Shown here piece by piece: positions 47,277 to 56,957 of a stretch of DNA of 64,000 nucleotides. The stretch is from the NCBI GenBank assembly GCA_045132775.1, contig JBGUSX010000116.1:24476-88475 (forward strand), in the 5' to 3' direction. Source of the DNA: Eubacteriales bacterium. GTDB lineage: Bacteria; Bacillota; Clostridia; Oscillospirales; CAG-272. Below the pieces are notes generated by a model, which was not told the DNA's origin, ran no database searches, and saw only the letters and a list, made by a program, of their open reading frames with translations. Made by a program: the position numbers and the translations under genes. Position 1 is the stretch's first letter. Each line of letters begins with the position of its first letter.

Positions 47277-49418
47277 TTACGGTATTTCAATTCCTCGGGG
47301 AAGCTCACTGAATATCACTCCGTATTCTGTTCTGAAAGCCACCCTTACCTTATAGTCTCCCGAGCGGAAGCGTCCGATCGCTTCTCCTGCCGCGATCTCT
47401 GAATCTGTCAAAAACTGCATGTGCTTTGTTCCATTATAGTCACTGTCCTGCCAGACGATAAACTCGGGTTTGGCATTAGTTGCGCTGAATGTCACGTTGA
47501 CCTCGCCTTCTCCCTCGCCGACGGTCGCCTTGGAAACGGCATCCACCACTATCCAATAACAAAAATCCGAGCTTTTCTCTTCTCCGATAAGACGCGCCTT
47601 ATAGCTTCCCGCACCGAGATCAGACAACACTACCGTGTCAAACACTCCGAGAGCTTCTATCAAGGTTTCGTCTTTGTATATCTCGACTGCCGTATAGTCC
47701 TTCGCGTTCAAAACGTCTATCTCAACGTCCGTGCCCGTAAGCCAGTTTGATCTGTCTCCCTTGCGGGGTATTATGTCTGTGTTATAGTTGAAGGTCTTGG
47801 GTGTCTGATCGTGCACCGGGACAAACGGCTGTGTCTTGTACTCCGAATCGATGATCTTTTTGTATCTGCAATAGGTGAATCTGTCCGTCGGGAATGCGTT
47901 TGCGAAGAGCTCTTGTGTGAACTTTCGCTCTCTTACTCCCTCTCGCCATATATCCGTTACAGTTACGCTGTACACCTTGCCCGATGCGTCGCGCAAAATA
48001 TTTGTAACGATAACTACGTGACCGTCGCCAACTATACTGTCACCGATCGACAAAGCGTGTATCGACTGGTCGGACAATATTTCCATACCGGGTATATCCT
48101 TCCACTGATACGTGGTATGGATCCCGTCTATTCCGAGGGCATAGCTGCAAAACGTACTGCACACCGCACCGTAATACGTGTCTCCGTTTACGTTGCCGAG
48201 CTCTCCCATATCGACCGAGTACAGATAGCTATTGGGGTTTTTTACAGACGTCATAAAGGAATAGAGGCTGACGAAATTCGGAACGAAGAGGTTTTCTATG
48301 CGCGTTGAGCTATATGGAAGTCCGACGTGCATCTTTCCGCCTTCAAGGTCATCGGTTTGCACGTGAATAAGGTTTTCTGCAAAGAAATTAAGGTTTTTGA
48401 GCTGCTGTGTCTTGAGTACCGTATTCAGTGCACCCACGCTTTGCACAAGGTCTGCCGTGTATTTTTCGCGCTTCGTTTTTTGAGCATTCTTTAATATTGT
48501 GTCCTTGTTTTCAAGAGCACAATCCAAAAAAGCGAGCTCTCCGATCTTTATTTTTTGTGAGGGTACGGTCACGTCACGAAGGTCTTTACAGCCCGCAAAA
48601 GCCGCATAGCCGATGCTCTCAAGCTCGTCAAGTGCGTCAAGGTCAAAGCCTGTCAGTTTTTCACACGAATAGAAGGAGTACTCCCCTATCGATTTCATTC
48701 GGCTGTATTTTTCAATGCTTACCGTCTCAATATTCCGACAAAACGCAAATGCCCAATTTTCTATCTGCTCTACACTTCGGGGAAGCTTTATTTCCTTGAG
48801 ACTTGCGCAATCCAGAAATGCGTATTCCTCTATCATTTTCAAGTCACAGTCAAGGGTGACCCAGGAGAGCTTTTCGCACCAGGCGAAAGCATAAGACCCT
48901 ATATATCTGACCTTTTTCGGAACGTCGATTCTTTCAAGCTCACTGCATCCCGAAAATGCGGAGCCGTATATGATCTCGGTATCGGGATGTATCTCACAGT
49001 TACCGATCTCTGTTGAGGCGGCTTTTATGAGTATTTGATAGGGATTTGACGTATTCCCTAAGTAATATGCGTTTCCGTACTCAACAAGCTTCAGAGCGTG
49101 GCAATTATAGAATGCATCTGCACCGATATACTTTATACCTCCGTGGAGTTCTATCGACTCTATCTTATCGCATCCCTCGAATGCGGAATCAGCTATACCC
49201 GTAACAAAGCTACCACCGGGTGAGAGTATGGGGATGATTATCTCCGTATCGGTTGCTTTCCCTATGCCGCTTACGTAGCAGGTGCCGTCTCCGTTGGACT
49301 TGTATTTGAGTCCCTTCGTGCCGTTGTTCAAAGCAAAACACACACAAAGAGCGATGGATACTATGCAAACAAGTACGATCAAAAATATCAAAATAAGCTT
49401 TTTTGCAGTCTTTTTCAT
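47277..49418 (-). CDS. BspA-type LRR surface protein with a C-terminal putative Cys/His hydrolase domain
   Basis: N-terminal TM; multiple I...AF..C..L..I.LP repeats; GLPYSS...YYGAVCSTFCSYALG...GHVVIV. Confidence 0.8.
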   Translation of the reverse strand: MKKTAKKLILIFLIVLVCIVSIALCVCFALNNGTKGLKYKSNGDGTCYVSGIGKATDTEIIIPILSPGGSFVTGIADSAFEGCDKIESIELHGGIKYIGADAFYNCHALKLVEYGNAYYLGNTSNPYQILIKAASTEIGNCEIHPDTEIIYGSAFSGCSELERIDVPKKVRYIGSYAFAWCEKLSWVTLDCDLKMIEEYAFLDCASLKEIKLPRSVEQIENWAFAFCRNIETVSIEKYSRMKSIGEYSFYSCEKLTGFDLDALDELESIGYAAFAGCKDLRDVTVPSQKIKIGELAFLDCALENKDTILKNAQKTKREKYTADLVQSVGALNTVLKTQQLKNLNFFAENLIHVQTDDLEGGKMHVGLPYSSTRIENLFVPNFVSLYSFMTSVKNPNSYLYSVDMGELGNVNGDTYYGAVCSTFCSYALGIDGIHTTYQWKDIPGMEILSDQSIHALSIGDSIVGDGHVVIVTNILRDASGKVYSVTVTDIWREGVRERKFTQELFANAFPTDRFTYCRYKKIIDSEYKTQPFVPVHDQTPKTFNYNTDIIPRKGDRSNWLTGTDVEIDVLNAKDYTAVEIYKDETLIEALGVFDTVVLSDLGAGSYKARLIGEEKSSDFCYWIVVDAVSKATVGEGEGEVNVTFSATNAKPEFIVWQDSDYNGTKHMQFLTDSEIAAGEAIGRFRSGDYKVRVAFRTEYGVIFSELPRGIEIP

Positions 49419-49700
49419 ATCCGCTTCCTCCTGTGTGTAAAGATATTGTTTATTATACCAAATAATAAGCTTTTTGTCAATATGGAAATACACTCCTTCG
49501 GGTTGTATATTTTTTCCTGTTGATTATCATTTTCATCTTATAAATAAACGAGGCTGCAACTGCAATATCCTTATATTTTTGCAATATGTTTATAGTTTTA
49601 TTTTACTTGCGGTTGTTGACATTTATTTGTGCCGATGGTATAATTTAGTTAAAGTTTTGGGATACTTTTCCCTGCAATTTCATTAGAGAGGAATAACATC

Positions 49701-51731
49701 ATGTACGATTTCAAGCCACCTTATTTAGGTGCCGCATATTATCCCGAGTCCTGGCCGCGCGAGGAGATCGACGCTGACCTTGACAGACTCGTATCTCACG
49801 GTCTCAACACCGTGCGTATCGCAGAATTTGCCTGGAGCACCATGGAGCTCGAAGAGGGCAAATACGACTTTTCCCTTTTCCGCGAGGTTGTTGACAAATG
49901 CAAGGCTCGCGGTATTGCCGTCGTTATGTGCACCCCCTCCGCTACTCCTCCCTCCTGGATGGAGCACAAATATCCCGAGATAATGGCAGAATATTCGGGT
50001 CAGAAAGCCACTCACGGCGCTCGCCGTCAGAGCTGCCCGACAAACAAGACCTTCCGCTCCTTCTGTGCGAAGATCGTTGAAGAGATGGCGAAGGAATTTT
50101 GCAAGGATGAGAACGTTATCGGCTGGCAGCTCGACAACGAGATAGCTACCATGTCGCACAAAACCGGATGTAACTGCCCCTCCTGCAGAGCAGGCTGGAC
50201 CGAATACCTCAAAAAGAGATACGGAACCATACAGGCTCTCAACGATGCTTGGGAGCACTACACTTGGTCAATGGATTTCTCATCCTTTGAAGAGGTCGAT
50301 GCAGTTGACGGCGTTATAGGAATGCCTCCCGCGCAGAAATCGGCTTGGGAGGAATACAAGAATGAGTGCTATATTGACTTTTTGCTTGAACAGAAGAATA
50401 TACTCAGAAAATACACTGACAAGCCCATCGGTACGGATATGATGCCTGTATATCAGTTTGATATTCAGGGTATAAACAATCATCTTGACGTAGCGCAGTT
50501 CAATCACTATGCAGGGCCGCTTCAGGCTCAGAAATGGTTTGACACATACAGATGCGCTTGCGATAAATTCTGGGTGACCGAAACCTCCACCTGCTGGGCG
50601 GGCGGAAACGAGCCTCTCGGACCTCGCGCAAAGGGATTTTGCAAGGCAAACACGCTTTCAAGCTTTATGCTCGGCGGTGAACTTGTCTCTTATTGGCTCT
50701 ACCGCTCACACAAGGGCGGTCACGAGATGGGTCACGGCTCTGTGATCGACGCTTGGGGGCGCGATATGCACACCAGCGACGAGGTTCGCGAAATCTCGAG
50801 AGATCTCAATGCTCTTCGTCCTATGCTTAACGGCACAAAGGTTAAGAAGAGCGGCATTGCGATAACGCATTCTCACAGCTCCTACGTTATGTCTCAGTAC
50901 GCGCCTCAGACCTCTATGGGCGTTGAGGGCTACAATTATCTCGGCGATATGCCCCGCACGACTTACGATCCGCTACTTGAAAGACAGTATCGCCCCGATA
51001 TGATCTCGATGTATCACGATCTTACTCCCTACAAGCTCCTTATAACATACCGCTCTTACACTCTTGAAGAGGGTGGATTCCTTGACAGGATCCTGCCTTG
51101 GGTAGAAAACGGCGGAGTTTGGGTGGTTGGTCCCTTGACGGATATTTATACGAAGGATTGCTCCAAATACAGACACGCTCCCTTCGGTCACATGGAGGAT
51201 TGGGCGGACGTAACGAGAAAATTCTACATGCCGGGTCCTAACTCCTGGGAATGGTCGAACACTAAGCGTCCCTGCACCTCGATAACTCTTGAGGACGGCA
51301 CGACTCTTAATACGAAAAATCTTATTTACGACGCATTCGTTCCCGGAAAGAATGCAAAGGTGCTTGGCACTTATGCCTCGGGTGGCGATGAATACCTTGA
51401 AGGCTATGCGGCTATCACAGAAACCAAAGTCGGAAAGGGTCGCATTATTATGATGGGTGCGGCACTTGACAACGAAAGCTATGCTAAATTCGTAGGTTCT
51501 CTTGCTTCAGAGCTTGGAATCGAGCCTATCACGGAAGCTCCGAAGGACGTTGTTACCTCTATTCTTGAGGGCGAATACGGCACGGTCTTCTGCGCTATCG
51601 AGAGCGACGAGAAGGAAGCGACTATTAGGATTCCATTCGCCTCCACCGATATTCTTACAGGAAGAAAATATGCCGAGGGTGAGATAGTTAATATGGCGAA
51701 ATACGAGTGTATTTTTGCTAAAAAGGATTAA
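49701..51731 (+). CDS. Beta-galactosidase, GH42 family
   Basis: GAAYYPE.W, RIAEFAWS, PSATPPSW, WQLDNE, zinc-site cysteines, L...YGTI.ALN.AW. Confidence 0.88.
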   Translation: MYDFKPPYLGAAYYPESWPREEIDADLDRLVSHGLNTVRIAEFAWSTMELEEGKYDFSLFREVVDKCKARGIAVVMCTPSATPPSWMEHKYPEIMAEYSGQKATHGARRQSCPTNKTFRSFCAKIVEEMAKEFCKDENVIGWQLDNEIATMSHKTGCNCPSCRAGWTEYLKKRYGTIQALNDAWEHYTWSMDFSSFEEVDAVDGVIGMPPAQKSAWEEYKNECYIDFLLEQKNILRKYTDKPIGTDMMPVYQFDIQGINNHLDVAQFNHYAGPLQAQKWFDTYRCACDKFWVTETSTCWAGGNEPLGPRAKGFCKANTLSSFMLGGELVSYWLYRSHKGGHEMGHGSVIDAWGRDMHTSDEVREISRDLNALRPMLNGTKVKKSGIAITHSHSSYVMSQYAPQTSMGVEGYNYLGDMPRTTYDPLLERQYRPDMISMYHDLTPYKLLITYRSYTLEEGGFLDRILPWVENGGVWVVGPLTDIYTKDCSKYRHAPFGHMEDWADVTRKFYMPGPNSWEWSNTKRPCTSITLEDGTTLNTKNLIYDAFVPGKNAKVLGTYASGGDEYLEGYAAITETKVGKGRIIMMGAALDNESYAKFVGSLASELGIEPITEAPKDVVTSILEGEYGTVFCAIESDEKEATIRIPFASTDILTGRKYAEGEIVNMAKYECIFAKKD

Positions 51732-51761
51732 AACGTTTTTTCATAGTCTTTCACTACAAAT

Positions 51762-51795
51762 AAAAGAGCATCTGCCGCATGGCAGATGCTTTTTT
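51762..51795. terminator. Bidirectional terminator
   Basis: aaaagagcatctgcc-gcat-ggcagatgcttttt. Confidence 0.85.
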
Positions 51796-51820
51796 ATTGC
51801 ACCTTTTTAGTTAAGTTTAC

Positions 51821-52441
51821 TTAATTTTCTTCGAGCTTCTTTTTCTTCATCGGACGGAGGGTCTTGGGATCAAGAGCCGCGCATACGACTACCGCGAATA
51901 TACCCGTCAGTATTGCATTGGGCAACATATACGATGCGTTGTAAACAAGAGAATAATGCCATACGTTCATTCCCTCGGGCGCGTTCGAGCCCCAGAGTAT
52001 GACTCCAGACAAAAAGCTTGACACAAATCTGATAAGACATACGGCAACCGCTCCCGTGCAGTAGCCTGCGAGTCTGTATTTGCCGAACGGCTTTGCGAAA
52101 AGTCCTGCAAGTCCCACGACGGTAAACGCAACAAGGTAGTCAAGCACTATGCAAAGCACGAGCGCCCACCATGTATTTGCGGGCGGAATGTAAAAGCCGA
52201 GCATCATCTGCAAAAGCGAATAGACAAAGCCCACGCCAAGTCCCCAGGCGGTTCCACGTCTGTACGAGTAGTATGCTATAGGGAGCATGCTTATCGTTAT
52301 CGTGCCGCCAAAGGGCAAAAGCGCGCTTACGCCCGAGATGGCATTGAGCCATACGCACAAAAGCTCGATAACGTAAGCCAGCGCGATGATAACCGCGCCC
52401 TCTGCGATACAGAGGATCCTTTGTTTCATTGTGTTTTTCAT
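51821..52441 (-). CDS. thiT: Thiamine ECF transporter S component
   Basis: E.A..IALA, PFGG.I....LPI, LDYLVAF, SGVI.W...APEG.NVW.YSL.YN.SY; TPP riboswitch upstream. Confidence 0.93.
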   Translation of the reverse strand: MKNTMKQRILCIAEGAVIIALAYVIELLCVWLNAISGVSALLPFGGTITISMLPIAYYSYRRGTAWGLGVGFVYSLLQMMLGFYIPPANTWWALVLCIVLDYLVAFTVVGLAGLFAKPFGKYRLAGYCTGAVAVCLIRFVSSFLSGVILWGSNAPEGMNVWHYSLVYNASYMLPNAILTGIFAVVVCAALDPKTLRPMKKKKLEEN

Positions 52442-52534
52442 TTTGTTTTCCTCCTTGGAAATAAAAAAATTCATCCGCACGAAAAATCACGGTGGGATGA
52501 ATTTCACGATCCGAGGATCACAAAACATATCTTT

Positions 52535-52623
52535 AAAATCTTCCTACGCCGGTATTATCCGTATCAGGTGCAAGGGTTCGGAGCTTTCCGTCTCAGCCGT
52601 CGCGTGACAGCACCCCTGATTTT
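52535..52623 (-). promoter_or_regulatory. TPP riboswitch
   Basis: Minus strand AGGGGTGC...GCTGAGA...ACCCTT.CACCTGAT.CGGATAATACCGGCGTAGGAA. Confidence 0.96.
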
Positions 52624-52785
52624 TTATGCGGTTGTCATCGGCTTTTGCCGACTCTCACATTATACACTTAAAAACACTGCTTGTCAACATATTTTTTCAA
52701 AAAACACGATTTGTCCGCAAAAATATGTACATGCCGAGTCGTCATATACTCATTACATCAAGCGCGAGGCGCAATGGAGGTTGTT

Positions 52786-53472
52786 ATGGTCATTTTTTCA
52801 CTTATTTTAGCGGCACTTGCAAGGTTTCTCTCACCCATTCTGGGCATTTCCACACAGCAGAGCTTCCCTCCCGCGCTCACTCAAAGCGAGGAAAAGGAAT
52901 GCTTTGCAATGATGAAGAGCGGCGACGAAGAGGCGAGGCAGAAGCTGATATTGCACAATTTAAGGCTCGTTTCCCATATTGTCAGAAAGTATTATTCTAA
53001 CAATAAAAACGGGGAGGATCTTGTTTCTATCGGCACGATCGGTCTTGTAAAGGCTGTTGACACCTACAACACCGACAACGGCACAAGGTTTGCGACCTAC
53101 GCATCAAAGTGTATTCAAAACGAGATACTCATGAGCTTTCGCGCCGAGAAAAAGCACTCATCCGACATATCTATAAACGAGACAATTGACGTTGACCGCG
53201 ACGGCAATCCCTTGGCATACATAGACGTTATCAGCAGTGACGAGAACGTCAGCGAGGAGACCGAGCGCAAGATCATGAGCGAGAGGGCTCTCAAATGCAT
53301 CAAGACCGTGCTTACTTTGCGTGAGCGACAGATAATCATCATGAGATACGGTCTTTGCGGCACGAGGGAGCTGACACAACGCGAGATAGCCGAAAAGCTC
53401 GGTATATCGCGCTCCTACGTCTCAAGGATAGAAAAAAGCGCCCTTGAAAAGCTCAGGAGCGCTTTGGGATAA
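52786..53472 (+). CDS. sigK: Sporulation sigma factor SigK (pro-form, uninterrupted)
   Basis: Hydrophobic pro-peptide, SFP..L...EE, HNLRLV.HIVRKY, EDLVSIGTIGL, LTQREIAEKLGISRSYVSRIEK. Confidence 0.92.
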   Translation: MVIFSLILAALARFLSPILGISTQQSFPPALTQSEEKECFAMMKSGDEEARQKLILHNLRLVSHIVRKYYSNNKNGEDLVSIGTIGLVKAVDTYNTDNGTRFATYASKCIQNEILMSFRAEKKHSSDISINETIDVDRDGNPLAYIDVISSDENVSEETERKIMSERALKCIKTVLTLRERQIIIMRYGLCGTRELTQREIAEKLGISRSYVSRIEKSALEKLRSALG

Positions 53473-53478
53473 CTTACA

Positions 53479-53847
53479 TTATCCCCTTCTCTTTCCTTTG
53501 AAGAACACCGCCGCGAGATAGCCGAATATCAGTGCCGCCGCGATCCCTCCCGCCGCGGCGGTAAGTCCGCCTGTGAGTGCGCCGAGCAGTCCCTGCTTAT
53601 CGACCGCCTCGCGCACTCCCTCGCTGATGAGATATCCGAATCCCGTCAGTGGCACAGTTGCCCCCGCGCCTGCGAGCTCGACTATCGGTCGATAGAGTCC
53701 GAGTGCACCGAGTATCACTCCTGCTACTACGTAGGAAACGAGTATTCTTGCAGGTGTGAGCTTGGTCTTGTCTATCAGTATCTGGGCTATCACGCATAAA
53801 AGTCCGCCTATGATAAATGCCCATATAAATTGTCTTACAGTTTCCAT
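53479..53847 (-). CDS. spoVAE: Stage V sporulation protein AE (SpoVAEb type)
   Basis: AF.IGGL.C.IAQILID.TKLTPARILV.YVVAG, GAGATVPLTGFG. Confidence 0.93.
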   Translation of the reverse strand: METVRQFIWAFIIGGLLCVIAQILIDKTKLTPARILVSYVVAGVILGALGLYRPIVELAGAGATVPLTGFGYLISEGVREAVDKQGLLGALTGGLTAAAGGIAAALIFGYLAAVFFKGKRRG

Positions 53848-53849
53848 TT

Positions 53850-54950
53850 TTATTCTCCCCTCATCAGTCGCTGTGCGACAGCTTCTCCCGAGGAAGAAGC
53901 CTTATTGCCCCTCGTCTGTTGCTTCTCGTCGGTCTTTACCGAAGCAGAAGCTTTGCTATTCGATTCAAAAAGAAGCAGATGCCCGATTGCAGGTATGCTC
54001 TCGCCTTGCTTTATCATATCCGGGCTCATCATTGCTCCCGAGGCAATGAAAAGCACCTTTTTATATCTTCCCTTTGCTATTTCGGGCAGGATATATGCCG
54101 AGAGCACGCTTGCGGAGCATCCGCATCCCGAGCCGCCTGCGTGTGTGTCCTGCTTTTCCTTATCGTAGATCAGCATTCCGCAATCGGTGTAGTTATCGCC
54201 CAATTTATATCCCTCTATCGCGATGATCTCACGAAGTATAGATACACCCTCGTATCCGAGATCGCCCGAAAGAATAAGGTCGTAATCGCAGGGCTTTGTC
54301 TTGCTTTCATTAAAAAATCTGACGAGAGTATCACACACCGCGGGTGCCATTGCCGCGCCCATATTGTTACAATCGGTTATTCCCTTGTCTATAACGTGTC
54401 CGGGTAATGCCGCACGTATTTTGACCTCTCCCGAGTCGCCGTCCCCAATCACAAACGCGCCTGCGCCCGTGACCGTCCACTGCGACGTCGGTGTTCTCTG
54501 CGAGCCGTACTCGATCGGATTTCTGTACTGCCTTTCCGCAGAGCAGTTGTGCGACGAGGTTACCGCCGCACAAAAGGGGTAGATCTTATGTGTAGTCAGG
54601 ATCGAGGCGAGGGTTATGCTCTCCGCGCATGTCGAACACGCGCCGTAAAGCCCGAAATATCCTATATTGCATCCGCAAAGTCCGTATGCAGAGCCTACGC
54701 ACTGATTGAGCAGATCCCCTGCAAAGATCGCGCCCACGTCCTCAAACCTCATCTCTTTTTTCGCGAGAGCAGAGTTGAAGGCGAGTCTTTGCATCTCGCT
54801 CTCCGCGCTCTCCCAGGTCTTTTTGCCGTATCTGTCGTCGGGCGAGTGCATATCAAATCTCTCGCCGAGAGGTCCGTCATATTCCTTTTTACCCACCGCG
54901 TTCCCGTAAGACAGGAAGGAAGCGTCAAGCTTTATAATATTTTTCCGCAT
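53850..54950 (-). CDS. spoVAD: Stage V sporulation protein AD, with repeat-derived C-terminal extension
   Basis: VGKKE..GPL, WE.AES, GDLLNQC, GLYGACST, QWTVTGAG, MGAAMAPA, GGSGCGCSA. Confidence 0.95.
   Translation of the reverse strand: MRKNIIKLDASFLSYGNAVGKKEYDGPLGERFDMHSPDDRYGKKTWESAESEMQRLAFNSALAKKEMRFEDVGAIFAGDLLNQCVGSAYGLCGCNIGYFGLYGACSTCAESITLASILTTHKIYPFCAAVTSSHNCSAERQYRNPIEYGSQRTPTSQWTVTGAGAFVIGDGDSGEVKIRAALPGHVIDKGITDCNNMGAAMAPAVCDTLVRFFNESKTKPCDYDLILSGDLGYEGVSILREIIAIEGYKLGDNYTDCGMLIYDKEKQDTHAGGSGCGCSASVLSAYILPEIAKGRYKKVLFIASGAMMSPDMIKQGESIPAIGHLLLFESNSKASASVKTDEKQQTRGNKASSSGEAVAQRLMRGE
53856..53901. repeat. Palindromic dispersed repeat, copy 2 (inside the spoVAD 3' end)
   Basis: tcccctcatcagtcgctgtgcgacagcttctcccgaggaagaagc, near-identical to 1072-1116. 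Confidence 0.8.
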
Positions 54951-54974
54951 TTTTTGCTCCGATCATTTTTTTAT

Positions 54975-55003
54975 TATTATTTGCAGAGTCCTTTACCTTA
55001 TGC
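54975..55003 (-). promoter_or_regulatory. Forespore SigG/SigF-type promoter of spoVAD
   Basis: Minus strand GCATA-N17-AATAATA. Confidence 0.55.
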
Positions 55004-55083
55004 GAAAAAAGTATTGAATTATTTTCCAATATGTGTTATAATGATTGTGTATATAGAGAAAAATAATTATCGGAGGAATAAAA

Positions 55084-55857
55084 ATGTTAGATTCTCACGA
55101 GAAACAGTATCATATAAACGTAGCACCCGGCGAGGTGGGTAAATATTGTATTCTCCCCGGTGACCCCGGAAGATGCGAGAAGATCGCCGCTTTCTTTGAC
55201 GAGCCTTATCACGTTTCGACCAACCGCGAATACAACATCTGGAACGGTAAGATCGCGGGCGAGACTGTCTCGGTCTGCTCGACAGGTATAGGCGGTCCTT
55301 CCACCGCCATTGCGGTCGAGGAGCTTGCCGCTTGCGGTGTTGAGACCTTTATCCGCGTTGGAACCTGCGGAGGCATCTCCCTTAACGTAAGATCCGGAGA
55401 CGTTGTTATCGCAAACGGTGCGATCCGTCAGGACGGAACCTCGCGCGAGTACGCGCCCATCGAGTTCCCTGCAGTATCCGACCCCGACGTACTCTTTGCT
55501 CTGAGGCTCGCGGCGGACGAGCTCGGATATACAAATCACACAGGTGTGGTTCAGGCGAAGGACTCCTTCTACGGTCAGCACTCCCCTTCGCGTATGCCCA
55601 CGTCCTCCGACCTTCTTGCAAAGTGGGAGGCTTGGAAGAGACTCGGCACGCTTGCAAGTGAGATGGAATCGGGCACGCTCTTTACAGTCGGTGCATTCCT
55701 TGGTGTTAAAAGCGGTGCGGTCTTCTCTTGCGTTTGGAACCAGGAGAGATTCAGCGCGGGACTTGACACGGGTGAGGACGAAACTCACGACACAGAACGT
55801 GCTATCAAGGTAGCTGTCAAGGCTATTGAGATACTCATCCAAAAGAACAGAAAGTGA
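55084..55857 (+). CDS. udp: Uridine phosphorylase
   Basis: [42 protein letters not shown]. Confidence 0.95.
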   Translation: MLDSHEKQYHINVAPGEVGKYCILPGDPGRCEKIAAFFDEPYHVSTNREYNIWNGKIAGETVSVCSTGIGGPSTAIAVEELAACGVETFIRVGTCGGISLNVRSGDVVIANGAIRQDGTSREYAPIEFPAVSDPDVLFALRLAADELGYTNHTGVVQAKDSFYGQHSPSRMPTSSDLLAKWEAWKRLGTLASEMESGTLFTVGAFLGVKSGAVFSCVWNQERFSAGLDTGEDETHDTERAIKVAVKAIEILIQKNRK

Positions 55858-55870
55858 TCGGAGGCAGAGA

Positions 55871-56182
55871 ATGAAAAAGAAGGATCAGCTTCCTGAGGAG
55901 CTTGATTGTCCATTCTGCACAGACGAGTCTGCCGCACCTAAAAAGAAGGAGAAAAAAGATCCCGACGAGGTGATATATGAGTTTTTGGACAGGCTTGAAA
56001 AGATAGCGACCTTTGCCGCGGCGGTCAATCAGAAAAAGACAAAGAAAGCTAAAAAGGAAAAAAAGAAGAACAAAAAGCTTTACAAGATAGACAAAAAGAC
56101 AGGCGTTATGTCGCTCAAGAAGATCAAGAAAGACAAGATACAAAAGCCTATGAAGCGATATAAGCCGCCTAAGAAGAAATAA
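55871..56182 (+). CDS. Small lysine-rich hypothetical protein with CPFC motif
   Basis: SD GGAGG, 103 aa, followed by a terminator. Confidence 0.65.
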   Translation: MKKKDQLPEELDCPFCTDESAAPKKKEKKDPDEVIYEFLDRLEKIATFAAAVNQKKTKKAKKEKKKNKKLYKIDKKTGVMSLKKIKKDKIQKPMKRYKPPKKK

Positions 56183-56209
56183 AAAAAGAGGCTCAAGCCT
56201 CTTTTTTTA
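56180..56209. terminator. Bidirectional terminator
   Basis: aaaaaaagaggct-ca-agcctcttttttt. Confidence 0.75.
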
Positions 56210-56223
56210 TTTTATATTTTATT

Positions 56224-56937
56224 TTATATTTTTGCTTTCTTAATGCGCTTTTTCATCTTGAGGATATCGCGCACCATTTTGAAGGAATCGCGGAGGACGT
56301 TGACCTTGCTCTCGCGGTGGTTGATTATCTTTACGGGCATTTCGACTATCTTCATACCGAACTTAACTGCCCAGAGTATGCACTCAAAGTCAAATGCGAA
56401 GCGGTTGACCTCGCAACGAGAGAAGATCTTTTTTGCCGCATCGCCTCTGAAAGCCTTGCACCCGCATTGCGAATCCGAGAGCTTGAAGCCTCCGATTATC
56501 GAAAGCACCTTGATATAGGCCTTACTTGCTATCTTGCGGATAAAGGTATATCCCTCATATCCGTCCTTATGGAGATTGCGCGAGCCGATGACCATCTGCG
56601 CGTCGGGATTTGCCGCAAAGGTATCGTACACCTGCTTTATTACGTTCGTGCCGTAAGCGAGGTCTGCATCCGTGAACATTATCACGTCGCCCTCTGCCGC
56701 GAGCATTGCGGTCCTTACCGCGTAGCCCTTGCCCATATTCTGCTCGTAGCCTACTACTCTTACGTTTGGAAGATTCATTTCCTCAACTATCTTTCCGCAA
56801 TCGTCCTTGGAGCCGTCGTTTGAGAAGAGGATCTCGTAATCCTCAAAATTCGCCGACATATACTCGTGAAGCGTATTTGCGGTGTCCTTTATGATCGATG
56901 CCTCATTATACATCGGAATACAAAGTGAGAATTTCAT
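56224..56937 (-). CDS. GT2 glycosyltransferase (polyprenol-phosphate glycosyltransferase-like)
   Basis: IPMYNE, NDGSKD, NMGKG.AV, DADL, IGSR, DSQCG.K.F, F.FD.E. Confidence 0.92.
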   Translation of the reverse strand: MKFSLCIPMYNEASIIKDTANTLHEYMSANFEDYEILFSNDGSKDDCGKIVEEMNLPNVRVVGYEQNMGKGYAVRTAMLAAEGDVIMFTDADLAYGTNVIKQVYDTFAANPDAQMVIGSRNLHKDGYEGYTFIRKIASKAYIKVLSIIGGFKLSDSQCGCKAFRGDAAKKIFSRCEVNRFAFDFECILWAVKFGMKIVEMPVKIINHRESKVNVLRDSFKMVRDILKMKKRIKKAKI

Positions 56938-56957
56938 GTCCTTGTCCTGTTCTGTCT

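Noticed and set aside
49555-49590. tgcaatat direct repeat upstream of the GH42 gene
   Set aside because: Short, in AT-rich sequence, no adjacent regulator; too weak to call an operator
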